Shown piece after piece: positions 26,966 to 36,524 of a stretch of 64,000 nt of DNA. The position numbers and the translations under genes are program-made. The stretch covers positions 15,439 through 79,438 of the forward strand of contig MHBG01000048.1 of the NCBI GenBank assembly GCA_001804785.1, in the 5' to 3' direction. The notes beneath the pieces were generated by a model. That model was given only the letters and a program-made list of their open reading frames with translations, had not been told where the DNA came from and searched no databases. This stretch comes from Lentisphaerae bacterium GWF2_45_14 (GTDB taxonomy: Bacteria > Verrucomicrobiota > Lentisphaeria > Victivallales > GWF2-45-14). Positions within the stretch are counted from its first letter, which is position 1, and the number at the start of each line of letters is the position of its first letter.

Positions 26966-27393
26966 TTTGTCACCTGGGTGATGTCCCCTTCTACAAAACT
27001 TTTGATTATATTTCCCTGCTTGTCGTAGTAAATGGTTTTCCAATAAGGATGGCAATTTTCGCTATAGGGATTTCCGTCAAAACAGACTGCCAAATTTAGG
27101 CCGCACGTACCACAGATTGTTCCCATTTTTCCACAGACTGAAACGCGCATGCCTTGATAAGCAAACTCAATGCCGCGTTGAGTAATCATATGTGTAAAAC
27201 GTTCTGGATCGCCGAACAAATCCGCAACGCGGAATTTATGAAGGAGGTGAACAGAATCAACTCCATGTAGATAGTTTTGAAATGTGTCAACTACTTCGCG
27301 CAACTCGCAAAAATGACGATATTTTGCCTGTCCGGGACTCTTTGCGACAATTTGTTCTGGATTACTTGCCCATATAATTTCGTATGTATTCAT
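26962..27393 (-). CDS. Hypothetical phage protein
   Basis: 143 aa, tightly packed in the operon. Confidence 0.55.
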   Translation of the reverse strand: MNTYEIIWASNPEQIVAKSPGQAKYRHFCELREVVDTFQNYLHGVDSVHLLHKFRVADLFGDPERFTHMITQRGIEFAYQGMRVSVCGKMGTICGTCGLNLAVCFDGNPYSENCHPYWKTIYYDKQGNIIKSFVEGDITQVTK

Positions 27394-27397
27394 GGCC

Positions 27398-27877
27398 TTA
27401 AAACTCCCTTGGAATAATCGGATGAGAGCTTGTTGATAATTTAGGAAATTCAGCTTCTTTCAACGCTTCAATAACCTCATCCATCGAGCAGCAAATATGG
27501 TCAAACATTTTAACCATAAGCTCAGGCTCCATATGCTCAATCAAATAAAAGATAGTCAACTTTTTGTTTCCTGCCGCCCATCCCATTTCCATTGATGCGG
27601 ATCGTCCGAACGGCATAACGCCGACAAAAGCGTCAGCCCATTGCATGGCGGCAAAATCTGAATCATACCCGGCTTGGGCAATGTCATGATTGAGGGCGGC
27701 TTTGTATTGTTTGTTATTCCATTTCTGCCAATCAGGATCGATTTCAGACCATTTGAAGCCATAATTCCCAAGAGCCGGATGTCGGAAGTCATAGACCTCG
27801 TGTCCGGCCTTGCGCAATGCACCTACAGCTATTGGCTGCAGTGCGTTTCTCCATGATGATGCGACGTATATTTTCAT
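27398..27877 (-). CDS. Nucleoside 2-deoxyribosyltransferase-like protein
   Basis: KIYVASSWRN...DFAAMQWADA...GRSASMEMGWA, matching the NDT/RCL-like fold with a catalytic-type Glu. Confidence 0.7.
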   Translation of the reverse strand: MKIYVASSWRNALQPIAVGALRKAGHEVYDFRHPALGNYGFKWSEIDPDWQKWNNKQYKAALNHDIAQAGYDSDFAAMQWADAFVGVMPFGRSASMEMGWAAGNKKLTIFYLIEHMEPELMVKMFDHICCSMDEVIEALKEAEFPKLSTSSHPIIPREF

Positions 27878-27879
27878 GA

Positions 27880-28194
27880 TTAGTTTCCTTCCACTTTATT
27901 GATAAGTTTTAAAATAGCCTGTGCCTCTTTTGCGCAGATTGTAATTTCGAGAGGATAGTCCTCGCTAAGGCCGTCAAGGTTCTTTCCGTTATGCAATTCG
28001 GGATAATTGCGCCGGTTTAAAATTTCTTTTCCAATAGACACAAGAGCCTCAAGCATTTTTCTGTTTTCCTCGGAAATTTCGGCAATGAGTTCATCCCGTT
28101 TGTATAAATGCCGGAATGCGGCCTTTAGACTTCTCTCGTCTATATTGGGATTAAATGATGCAAGTTCTTCAAGACTGATTAATTTGCGCTCCAT
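27880..28194 (-). CDS. Hypothetical phage protein
   Basis: 104 aa, co-oriented. Confidence 0.5.
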   Translation of the reverse strand: MERKLISLEELASFNPNIDERSLKAAFRHLYKRDELIAEISEENRKMLEALVSIGKEILNRRNYPELHNGKNLDGLSEDYPLEITICAKEAQAILKLINKVEGN

Positions 28195-28291
28195 CTTATT
28201 TTTCTTCCGCTTTCATTTCTTGTTCATTTGCTGACATTTTGATTTTCCCCTTGTTTTAAAGCTGTTTTAGACTCAAATTTTCATTTGACGG

Positions 28292-28714
28292 CTATTTGAT
28301 TATTTCATTGTACAGGGGGTCAATCCATTTCCCTTTAGCGGTCAAGGGATCACCTTTTATGATTTCGCCTTCGGAAAGTATAAACATAAATGATTTAGGT
28401 TTTTCAGTTACCCTCAATCCTTCTAGAAAATACGCATTTGCAAGAATAAGGTTTGTGCAAGGAAGTCCCGAATCTTTATCAATGGCATTGAGATCAATTG
28501 TTCCATCATTACGTTGAAGATCATCATAGTGCCTTTTGAGAGCTGAGAAATACCGCTCTGGCGCATTCGGAACTGTTTGCCATGAGTGAGGCGCATACTT
28601 AGCGGCTCCGTGTTCCAAAGCCCGTACAAGCCCCGTTAAGAACCGTTGAATTACCAAGCTCCATTTTGGTTTCCCTGCGTCAAACTTCATACCAAGCTTG
28701 TCATTATTATCCAT
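28292..28714 (-). CDS. dATP/dGTP diphosphohydrolase-like protein (DUF5664-type)
   Basis: KFDAGKPKWSL...HGAAKYAPHSW...YFSALKRH...DKDSGLP. Confidence 0.8.
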   Translation of the reverse strand: MDNNDKLGMKFDAGKPKWSLVIQRFLTGLVRALEHGAAKYAPHSWQTVPNAPERYFSALKRHYDDLQRNDGTIDLNAIDKDSGLPCTNLILANAYFLEGLRVTEKPKSFMFILSEGEIIKGDPLTAKGKWIDPLYNEIIK

Positions 28715-29246
28715 TCTGTTCACCGCCTTTTCCGTCTTTAAGCGCCATAAATTCAGAAGCAAGTATTTCCTGCGCAAATTGAGGCGGCGTCCACATAGGG
28801 CGTGTGTCGGTCAGGTATTGGTCAGGGAACTTGAATATGAGAGCTGTATCGTTGTCCACAAGCTTCCAGAAAAGGCCGTAAAGGTAACCCCGTTCACTGG
28901 CTATAAACGTGATTTTACGGATGCCGCTTTCAGGAAAATTCAGCATTTCCATAAGCTTATTATGGGAAACCCTGGTGTCGTTGATTTTGTGCCAGTCTTC
29001 ACGATTCCCGAACTTTGGAAGAGCAAGGCCGTCTTTGTTCTTTTTCCAGCCTTTGGGTGCGGCGTCTTTGAATTTGACCCCGGCAAAACCGAGAAGTTCG
29101 CCCCTGAAATCGATCCCCGGATAAGTGTGAACTTCGCCTTTGAGCTCTTTGCCAAGTTCATTCAATGCGGCGTGGCGGATTTTTACTTTTTCATTGATTG
29201 ATTTTGCTTCATCGAGAACTGCTTTTTCCGTTACTTTGAAATACAT
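28707..29246 (-). CDS. Hypothetical phage protein
   Basis: 179 aa, AAGGAG RBS. Confidence 0.6.
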   Translation of the reverse strand: MYFKVTEKAVLDEAKSINEKVKIRHAALNELGKELKGEVHTYPGIDFRGELLGFAGVKFKDAAPKGWKKNKDGLALPKFGNREDWHKINDTRVSHNKLMEMLNFPESGIRKITFIASERGYLYGLFWKLVDNDTALIFKFPDQYLTDTRPMWTPPQFAQEILASEFMALKDGKGGEQNG

Positions 29247-29259
29247 TTTTGAAGGCTCC

Positions 29260-29781
29260 TTATTTTATTTGTCTGTTAAATCGATCAATTGCACCAATGA
29301 GAAAATTGGCATATACATCGTCTGCCATTTCGCCCAGGTGCTGAACATTGTAGCATTCATATTTTTCCAGCTCAGACGCTCTTTCCTGTCCGAGACTTTC
29401 AATTCTTGCCGCTTCCAGCCGCTCAAAATGAGTTTCTATTTCCTGGAGCTTTGTTTCTTTTTCGACAACGGCGAACTTGAGAATATTTGCCACTCCGTCA
29501 ATGGCTTTCCCTGCTCGGAGATATTCCTCTTTCTGGGCGATACGAAGCTTTTCAGTAGCGAACCTTACTTTTGCAATATCAAGCCTGAGTCTTTTTGCCC
29601 TTGCGCTGGTTTCCTTTGATGGTTCGAGCTGTGTTACTTCGTTGTATTGAGTTTCGAACTCTTCCAGCATATTAGCCATTGGAATAAAGATTGCTCTTAT
29701 CTGCTCCGCTCTTGAAGGTTCGATGTTATATTCTTCGACTTTTAAAACTAATTCATTCATTTTCTCTATATCCCTTTTCAT
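29260..29781 (-). CDS. Hypothetical coiled-coil phage protein
   Basis: AKRLRLDIAKVR...KEEYLRAGKAIDG, a pattern common in phage early regions. Confidence 0.6.
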   Translation of the reverse strand: MKRDIEKMNELVLKVEEYNIEPSRAEQIRAIFIPMANMLEEFETQYNEVTQLEPSKETSARAKRLRLDIAKVRFATEKLRIAQKEEYLRAGKAIDGVANILKFAVVEKETKLQEIETHFERLEAARIESLGQERASELEKYECYNVQHLGEMADDVYANFLIGAIDRFNRQIK

Positions 29782-29817
29782 TTTTGACTTAAATTTTTCA
29801 TTTCAGGCGGTTATTTT

Positions 29818-31002
29818 TCATTTTGAACTAATTTTCTGCCGTCTCGCAAGCTCCTGAAGCACTGTCCATTTACTGGCGACTTTATTAATTCCATTCCTGA
29901 ACGCCGCGATATTCCCGATTACATGGCATTCCTTCTTTGCGCGAGTAATCGCCGTGTAGACCAGAGCGCGATGAACAAAGGGACCGCCCTGAATCGCCGC
30001 GAAGAAAACCTTGCGATACTGGCTCCCTTGCGACTTATGAACAGTCAAAGAGTAGGCATGTTGAGATTCCTGAAGGATTGCTTTTCCCCAGACTGCTTCC
30101 TGAACATATTCGCCTTTTTCCGCATCCCAGAACGGGATATCACCTTTCACCCATGCGCGGCCTTGCGTATCGATTGCGGAGATGGTTCCAGTTGTACCAT
30201 TCCAAATATCAGAAGAGGCAAAATTCTTCAGGCAGATAATCCGATCCCCGATTGCCCATTTCGCATCATCGGCAGTACGTCCGAACTTGGCGACCATCCG
30301 CTTGTTGATTTCCTGAACATGGTCATTTTTACAGCAGACAACAATATCTTTCTGAAAATCGATTTCCCCGGCATCAATAAGAGTCTCGAGGTATTTCCAA
30401 GTTGCGTCCATGTCGCCAGTACCGCGCATTTCGAACCATTCGTTTTCCGACTGTGCGGTTTCTGGCTGAAGCCCCTCGCGGACTGCGGCTCCAGCTTTGT
30501 AGATTGCTTCCGAAGCTCGATAACAGATTGTGAGTTTTGCTGTCAGATCGGGACGAAGGTTGACCATATCATGAAAAGGCTGACCGTTCCCAACCGGCGG
30601 CAGCTGCGCGGCGTCTCCGATCAACGTAAGCCGATCCGGATTCCTGCGAATGATTTCGGCCATCAATGAGCTATCGACCATCGAGGCCTCGTCTATAATG
30701 AGATGGAGACCTGAAAGGGATTTTACGCTGAAACTTCTGCCATTATAGCCAAGAAGCCTGTGTATTGTCGATGTGTCGCGTTCAGTAGCTTCACGGAGCC
30801 GCGCAGCAGCTTTTCCAGTCGGACAACATAGTGCAAGCTGGCTTTTACCGTTTTTTGTCTGCTCGATAATCTCCTTGACGAGTGTCGTTTTTCCAGTTCC
30901 GGCGCCGCCTGTTACGATACTCAAAGATTTGTTGACGGAATAATCGACGGCCTTTGTCTGGTCAGGATTAAGCTTTATTTCCGTATTGCTTTCATTATTC
31001 AT
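29818..31002 (-). CDS. RecD-like SF1B helicase core
   Basis: TGGAGTGKTT, CPTGKAA, STIHRLL, IDEASM, GDAAQLPPV, TVHKSQGSQY, YTAITRAK. Confidence 0.92.
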   Translation of the reverse strand: MNNESNTEIKLNPDQTKAVDYSVNKSLSIVTGGAGTGKTTLVKEIIEQTKNGKSQLALCCPTGKAAARLREATERDTSTIHRLLGYNGRSFSVKSLSGLHLIIDEASMVDSSLMAEIIRRNPDRLTLIGDAAQLPPVGNGQPFHDMVNLRPDLTAKLTICYRASEAIYKAGAAVREGLQPETAQSENEWFEMRGTGDMDATWKYLETLIDAGEIDFQKDIVVCCKNDHVQEINKRMVAKFGRTADDAKWAIGDRIICLKNFASSDIWNGTTGTISAIDTQGRAWVKGDIPFWDAEKGEYVQEAVWGKAILQESQHAYSLTVHKSQGSQYRKVFFAAIQGGPFVHRALVYTAITRAKKECHVIGNIAAFRNGINKVASKWTVLQELARRQKISSK

Positions 31003-31898
31003 GATGCAACCGCCGTTTCCGCCAATCCATCAGACGCAAAATCCCAAATAACTTTTTCAGCATTATAATCAGAGGTCAAGGCCAGTACGTTTTTGTTTTC
31101 TACTGCAAAAAATATCAAGCGGTTATCACCAATCAGTCTAGTGATTATATCACAGACCAAGTCGGAATTACCTACACCTAAAAGCTGTACGGCCTTGCAG
31201 ATTACCGGGGGAACGTCTATCAATGTACTACCGTCATCCTGCGCCTGGCGGACTGCGTATTCAACGCCGGCAAGCAGACGCCGCCGATCATCAACTGCGA
31301 CATTGAATGCTTCCCGATGCCGGTCAACAGCGGCAAAGCCGTATCCATAAAGTTCTGTCATGCGGTAGGGATTTTCTTGAACGACTCCAAGCGTTTCAGT
31401 TTCCCACTTTTCCCATGCGGCTTCGGCCATTTTCTGGCTGCATCCTTTTCCGATCAGCCATGCAATAGCCTGATACTGCTCGTCATGGAGTTTGATTTCT
31501 GCATATTGCTTATGGAATTCAGCAACAATATCGTTATTCATTCGCGGAACGTCGCCGGGTTTGAGTTCCGTCCACTTTTCGCCGACCGTTTCCCAAATCT
31601 TCTCTTCCAGCTTCGGGCCGATGCCGGGAGTACGTGAGCAAACATAGTGGAGGAGTGTTTTCGCTTCCTGGGGAATATCGGGACGCGCATTTGTAAACTT
31701 GAACTGCTTTTCTCCCCGGTATTCGCTCCAAGTACCGGAAAGGATGAGTTTTTCACCGGGAACAGGCTGCCATGACAGGACACCAGATAAATTGCCCTGA
31801 TTTGACGCCAGAACATACCAGGCGGACTTGCCATCATCGTTAAGCTTCCGTCTCGCCACAAAGCGGACTTCCGCCGTTATCGTTGCTATTTCTTTCAT
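30999..31898 (-). CDS. RecD2-like N-terminal module (OB fold + HhH) encoded as a separate gene
   Basis: GTWSEYRGEKQF, GIGPKL, ENPYRMTELYGYGFAAVD, RRLLAGVEY resemble the RecD2/YrrC N-terminus; ATGA overlap with the helicase gene. Confidence 0.75.
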   Translation of the reverse strand: MKEIATITAEVRFVARRKLNDDGKSAWYVLASNQGNLSGVLSWQPVPGEKLILSGTWSEYRGEKQFKFTNARPDIPQEAKTLLHYVCSRTPGIGPKLEEKIWETVGEKWTELKPGDVPRMNNDIVAEFHKQYAEIKLHDEQYQAIAWLIGKGCSQKMAEAAWEKWETETLGVVQENPYRMTELYGYGFAAVDRHREAFNVAVDDRRRLLAGVEYAVRQAQDDGSTLIDVPPVICKAVQLLGVGNSDLVCDIITRLIGDNRLIFFAVENKNVLALTSDYNAEKVIWDFASDGLAETAVAS

Positions 31899-32376
31899 TT
31901 TGATTTATCGCCTTTTCAATTTCGAGTTGTCTTTGCCGATGTCGGAAGATCGTTATTGCCATGCCGGACGCGAGAATGTGATTATTGGCAAACAAGACCG
32001 ATACGCCGCGCAATGTCAGATCTGCTATTCTGGCCACTACGAACGAGGGTTTGATACCAGGGTGATTGTGTTGAGGACTGATTAATTTGCCATCTTTTTC
32101 CTGAAAACAGCATTCGATAAAATCAGCCTCGATAATCATTACTTTTGCGATATGCCCGGCTTCGTCCATCCTGTCAAGTTCGCGGTTAAAACGCTCCCAT
32201 CCCGTGGAAATTGTGCCAAGAAAGTCATCAAGAGATTTGCGCTCGATTGCAAACTTGTCATCCCCAGCCAGCGCGTAATCACCGGCGGAGAGGGTTCCCC
32301 GGACAGCGGTAACTTCGTCATCCGGGAAACCCCAGGGGGTCTGTTCTCGCGTATCAATTATGATTTGCAAGGGCAT
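31840..32376 (-). CDS. ERCC4-domain nuclease
   Basis: IIIDTREQTP, LSAGDY, AIERKSLDD. Confidence 0.88.
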   Translation of the reverse strand: MPLQIIIDTREQTPWGFPDDEVTAVRGTLSAGDYALAGDDKFAIERKSLDDFLGTISTGWERFNRELDRMDEAGHIAKVMIIEADFIECCFQEKDGKLISPQHNHPGIKPSFVVARIADLTLRGVSVLFANNHILASGMAITIFRHRQRQLEIEKAINQNERNSNDNGGSPLCGETEA

Positions 32377-32378
32377 GT

Positions 32379-32897
32379 TCAGAACGGAATATCTTCGCCG
32401 TGGACATCATCGGCATCGTTATTCTGAAACAAATTCGTCGCGGCTGACTGCAATGGCGGTTGCGACTGCGGCATTGACGTTCCGCCGAGCAGAGCGGCAA
32501 GTCGCTGTTGGGCATCGTTGAGATTTACTTTTTTCTCGAAGCTGAAGCGATAGTAGACAATATCTTTTTTGCCAGCTTTTTTACCGTAAATCTGGACATG
32601 CTTGCCCTTGAGTGTTCCGATTTTTGCAATTTCGGAGCCGATTCCGAGACTTTTAAGAGTGTCCAGAGACATGTCAATGCTTCTTTTTCCGGTGTCGCCG
32701 ACATATTCCGTGGACATATCCAGATAAATATCGGCGATTTTATTGTCGGCAGTGAGAAGTTCAAATTTAATTTTCAACTTCGGCTCTTCTCCGGCTTTCG
32801 CGCCGAATTCCACGGGATATGCGTCTGTTATCACTGCGCCGAAATTTCCTTCATCTGTCAGTCTGACAACTTCGTTCTGGGTCGTAGCTTCTGTCAT
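32379..32897 (-). CDS. Putative single-stranded DNA-binding protein
   Basis: Beta-rich core with acidic tail DDVHGEDIPF; adjacent to the recombinase gene. Confidence 0.55.
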   Translation of the reverse strand: MTEATTQNEVVRLTDEGNFGAVITDAYPVEFGAKAGEEPKLKIKFELLTADNKIADIYLDMSTEYVGDTGKRSIDMSLDTLKSLGIGSEIAKIGTLKGKHVQIYGKKAGKKDIVYYRFSFEKKVNLNDAQQRLAALLGGTSMPQSQPPLQSAATNLFQNNDADDVHGEDIPF

Positions 32898-32928
32898 GAT
32901 ATAATTCCTTATTATTTATTGGATTGGA

Positions 32929-33891
32929 TTACTGGTTATTGGTTTCTGTATTATTTGCGGCGGCGGCTCTTTCATTCAATATTACCTGAATGACTTCACC
33001 GTGTTTCGGCGTCAATTCGGGATATTTTCCGGCCATGATTGCGGACATCGCGCTTTGCAATGTTTTGTCGTTGGCTTCAGACCACAATTTCCCCCGCAAT
33101 TTTTCCGGGAGATTGAGAGAATCCGGGCAATGGTTATAGTCCGGTTCTGCGGCTGGCTGAACCGCTGGCGGTTGAGTTGGCGGGGTAACCGGGGTATCCT
33201 GAGCTGGAACATCGGGAACAATCTCAGCATCCTTTATTTTCGGCTCAGGCTTGCCAGCCGCCTGATTCATGCGTTCCTGGGCGGCTGTAATATCGATTGC
33301 CGTTTCAACGGGCTTTTCCTGGCGCGGGGAGTCCGAAAAATCGGATATTTCTTCGGGCGTGTATGTCCCTTTTACAACCTGGGGGCAGAATGCGCGAACT
33401 GAATCCGAAACAAGACGAGCCCAGAGCATCTGCATCCGGCGCCGGGGCGTACTCCAGTTGTTTTTGAGAGTTTTGCCATCCTTGCCATAGCAGTATTCTT
33501 CGTCCTGAGCCTCTTTCCACGTAAAAGCTGCTGAAAACTCTTTTCCTGCACAAATGAGTTTAATTTCAACTCGTTCCGGAGTTCGTTCGATAATGTCATA
33601 TTCACCATCGTATTTACTGCAAAAATCAGCGAGTATTGCGTCCGCCCTCATTGAAGGGCTTCCCTCTATAATGTGATAAGTTTTTTTGAATTCCAAAAAA
33701 CTCATTTTCTCCTGAATGCATGTAGCGGCCAGAACTATTCCGGCGCCTTCGGTCTTTACTCCAAACATCCCTGATTGAGCTATTGCTAGTCCGAGGACTC
33801 TTAGATCATCCATTGACACAACCGGAAGATCGGCGGTTGCTACTCGTTTTGCCACTGCGGTTGTTGTTGAAGTTTTTGCTGTTGGAGGCAT
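32929..33891 (-). CDS. RecT/Red-beta-like single-strand annealing protein
   Basis: HIIEGSPSMRAD...MLWARLVSDSVRAFCPQV...YTPEE; lies between exonuclease and SSB-like genes. Confidence 0.65.
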   Translation of the reverse strand: MPPTAKTSTTTAVAKRVATADLPVVSMDDLRVLGLAIAQSGMFGVKTEGAGIVLAATCIQEKMSFLEFKKTYHIIEGSPSMRADAILADFCSKYDGEYDIIERTPERVEIKLICAGKEFSAAFTWKEAQDEEYCYGKDGKTLKNNWSTPRRRMQMLWARLVSDSVRAFCPQVVKGTYTPEEISDFSDSPRQEKPVETAIDITAAQERMNQAAGKPEPKIKDAEIVPDVPAQDTPVTPPTQPPAVQPAAEPDYNHCPDSLNLPEKLRGKLWSEANDKTLQSAMSAIMAGKYPELTPKHGEVIQVILNERAAAANNTETNNQ

Positions 33892-33922
33892 AATGATTTT
33901 CCTTATATTATTGGTGTTGAAT

Positions 33923-34576
33923 TTATTCGAACAGAACGCCCTTGAAGCGTTTATATAATTCGAAAGTGAGCCGGACGTCCTTCTCGCAGTATTCGAGAAG
34001 CTTGATGCGGCCGGCTTCGGACTTGATAAGTTCAGGGAATTTGGTTACATCAATCTCTATTTTTTTGTTATCGAGAACGGCATCGGAAACATCATCGAGT
34101 TTTGCGTACTGCCCGTATCCTGCCCAGGACTGCATCAGATCGATATGATAGGTGTCATCATAACGGGAAGTCATGAGCGAAAGAGGAAGTGTAATCTTTG
34201 AAGTCAATCCGAGCATAATCGCCCGCTTATATATAAACGGAAGGTCAAATTCCTTTCCGTTCCATGTTACAAGCTGAACGCCTTTTTCAATGATGTTGAA
34301 AACTTCCAGGATTATGCCTGCTTCGTCAAGGTCGGAATCGGAAACTATCACTTTTTTATTTGTGATGTTTTCGCCGATCAGGACAGCGGCGCAAATTCTT
34401 CCGTAAAGCGGACTCAACGCCATTTTGCTGATCTGCTCTGACTTTGCCTCGGTTTTTTTTGCGGCAATTTTTACCGGATCAACGAGATTTCCAAACTTGA
34501 CTTCCGGTTCCGGGAGCCGGTCGATCATTTCGGAATTCGGCATTGTTTCAATATCGAAGGCAAGTACTGTACTCAT
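33923..34576 (-). CDS. DnaQ/PolB-like 3'-5' exonuclease
   Basis: AFDIET, WNGKEFDLPF, HIDLM, YCEKDV (DEDDy). Confidence 0.85.
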   Translation of the reverse strand: MSTVLAFDIETMPNSEMIDRLPEPEVKFGNLVDPVKIAAKKTEAKSEQISKMALSPLYGRICAAVLIGENITNKKVIVSDSDLDEAGIILEVFNIIEKGVQLVTWNGKEFDLPFIYKRAIMLGLTSKITLPLSLMTSRYDDTYHIDLMQSWAGYGQYAKLDDVSDAVLDNKKIEIDVTKFPELIKSEAGRIKLLEYCEKDVRLTFELYKRFKGVLFE

Positions 34577-34578
34577 GA

Positions 34579-35001
34579 TTATTTGATTCCTTTCGCGCAA
34601 AACTGTTTGAATCCTTCGATCATCTGGATTGCATCGCCCTTGCCGAGGTAAAGCGCATCCATGATCCGGCGAATTTCAGAGAGAAATTTTTCTCTGATTA
34701 CAGCAGTTCTTTTCTTTATGGCTTGGGTCGATTTTTCTGCGGTCGCAATTTTGGCTTGATACTCAGGCATATTCAGCAATGCGGTTTCTATGGATGCCGA
34801 ATCGTAGGAGCGTTTGCCTTCGGAGTATGCCTCCATTGCTTTCTGTGTGAAAATTGCTGGTTTTCTTTTTGCCTCTTTAATGGCATCTTCTATTTCAGGC
34901 TTGGGAATGGCGGTTGCTTCGATTTTTTTAAGACTTTCCACCATTATTTCAGCGAGGGAGCTTTCAACACGGTTCAGTTGCATTTTATCAAGTTTGCTCA
35001 T
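34579..35001 (-). CDS. Hypothetical phage protein
   Basis: 140 aa, helical, in the operon. Confidence 0.55.
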   Translation of the reverse strand: MSKLDKMQLNRVESSLAEIMVESLKKIEATAIPKPEIEDAIKEAKRKPAIFTQKAMEAYSEGKRSYDSASIETALLNMPEYQAKIATAEKSTQAIKKRTAVIREKFLSEIRRIMDALYLGKGDAIQMIEGFKQFCAKGIK

Positions 35002-35003
35002 GA

Positions 35004-36050
35004 TTAAAACCTTACATCGTTATCGTCATTGTTTTTGTCGGCGGCGGGTGCGGCAGATTTTTTGCCGTTCTTCTTGGGGGATTTGGGGGGAGTGGGCGGT
35101 TTTGCGTCCGGAACTGACGGTGGGATTGGCGCAGAATTGGGATTTTCTTTGTCGCGGAAAAACATCTGCCATGTTTTGTCCTTGAGGAACAATGTTATAT
35201 ATTTTTCGTTTTCGAAACAGTTCTCTTCTATAAAGTCTTTAACTTCATCTTTCCCATCTTGCCCCGTTGCTTCCGGAATTTTATCCCATCCCGTCGCGAG
35301 CAATTCTTCAATGCGGTCGTTGAATTCTCCTTCTATTCTGCAGTATTCGCAGTTTGTGAAAATTACTCCGCTGTTCGTGAACATTATGCTTCCGTCTTCG
35401 GCGGTTTTGGAAGCCGGCTCTTTTTTCGGCGCCGCGTCCTTTTCTTTCTTCCCTGATTTTTTGACCGGGCGCTTGTAGATGCTGAACTTGCCGCCAGACT
35501 TGTACAGCTTGTAATCAAAGCTGTCAGTGAGCGTGTACGTGACCATATCTCGGTCATTGCCTTCGTAAGCCAGACTCCAGCCTTGGAACTCAGCTTCTTT
35601 TCTGTCTGTTTCCGAAATTGCTTCGTAGTTGATTGAGAGTTCTTTGCGATCGAGGAAAACGAACATGTTATCCTGTTCGCCGAGGGCATTGATGAAAAGA
35701 TTCTGTTTTTCATCTGTGGTCATGGCTTCAACCCTGATTGTTTCGCCAGTATCAAAGCGATACGTAGTTTTGATACCGTCAGTCGGATTGTTATAGTGAA
35801 GCTCACATTCGACTTCGCGGTATTCCTTGCCCGTTTGTATTGCCAATGCCAACACTCCGATGCTGGAATCACAGGCATCTATTTTGGCCTTAAAATCTGA
35901 AGAAATTGCTTTCTTTTGTTCATCAATACTCTGTTTGCGCTGATTTGTTTCGGCCAGCTGCTGACCTTTTTTCTGTTTTTCCTCTGCGGAAAGAACGCAT
36001 TCTAAACGCTCCTTAAACTTCTTTGATCTTTCATTTGTGGTTTCACTCAT
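35004..36050 (-). CDS. Hypothetical phage protein
   Basis: 348 aa, AAAGGA RBS; N-terminal GKEYREVEC...YRFDTGE motif; Pro/Lys-rich tail. Confidence 0.65.
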   Translation of the reverse strand: MSETTNERSKKFKERLECVLSAEEKQKKGQQLAETNQRKQSIDEQKKAISSDFKAKIDACDSSIGVLALAIQTGKEYREVECELHYNNPTDGIKTTYRFDTGETIRVEAMTTDEKQNLFINALGEQDNMFVFLDRKELSINYEAISETDRKEAEFQGWSLAYEGNDRDMVTYTLTDSFDYKLYKSGGKFSIYKRPVKKSGKKEKDAAPKKEPASKTAEDGSIMFTNSGVIFTNCEYCRIEGEFNDRIEELLATGWDKIPEATGQDGKDEVKDFIEENCFENEKYITLFLKDKTWQMFFRDKENPNSAPIPPSVPDAKPPTPPKSPKKNGKKSAAPAADKNNDDNDVRF

Positions 36051-36174
36051 TTGACATTTCCTTTGAATTGGTTTATTCTATAGACATTCATTCATTTTGA
36101 TTTGTGGCTGGCCAGTGTTTCGGCATTGGTCAGCCGTTTTTATTCCCGAATATTGTTTTCCCTCCTGTTGTTTT

Positions 36175-36267
36175 TTATTTCCCCATTATCTCGAACGCCG
36201 CCCAGACTGCCATGAGCGCGATTGCGATCCCGGAAACAAACCCCAATTCGAAGTACTGCTTTTTCAT
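36175..36267 (-). CDS. Small single-TM peptide, 30 aa
   Basis: MKKQYFELGFVSGIAIALMAVWAAFEIMGK; GAGGTG RBS and ATGA overlap with the upstream gene. Confidence 0.45.
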   Translation of the reverse strand: MKKQYFELGFVSGIAIALMAVWAAFEIMGK

Positions 36268-36524
36268 TCTGTCACCTCTTTCGGCTGCTGAAATTCGGTT
36301 GCAAACCGTGCGTACCTTCGATTCCCCGGCTCCTTGTCGATAAATGCCGCAATGTCTTTGCGATTGAAGCGGCCCCGGCAGACCATCCGGGGAAATCCAA
36401 ATCGGCATCCGCTGGCCATACACTGAATAGTCGTTTTTTTTACCGTGAGGACTTTTTCGAGATCGATATATCCCGGAAGCTCGGGACAACCCCATTCCAT
36501 GAGTTTGCGCTCGGTAGTCGTCAT
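36264..36524 (-). CDS. Small putative DNA-binding protein (AlpA/excisionase-like)
   Basis: VLTVKKTTI...GFPR...RFNRKDIAAFI winged-helix-like pattern; coupled to rha. Confidence 0.45.
   Translation of the reverse strand: MTTTERKLMEWGCPELPGYIDLEKVLTVKKTTIQCMASGCRFGFPRMVCRGRFNRKDIAAFIDKEPGNRRYARFATEFQQPKEVTE

Noticed and set aside
28292-28714. Diaminopurine (Z-genome) pathway
   Set aside because: No PurZ-like synthetase or phage DNA polymerase in the window; this hydrolase family is widespread on its own.
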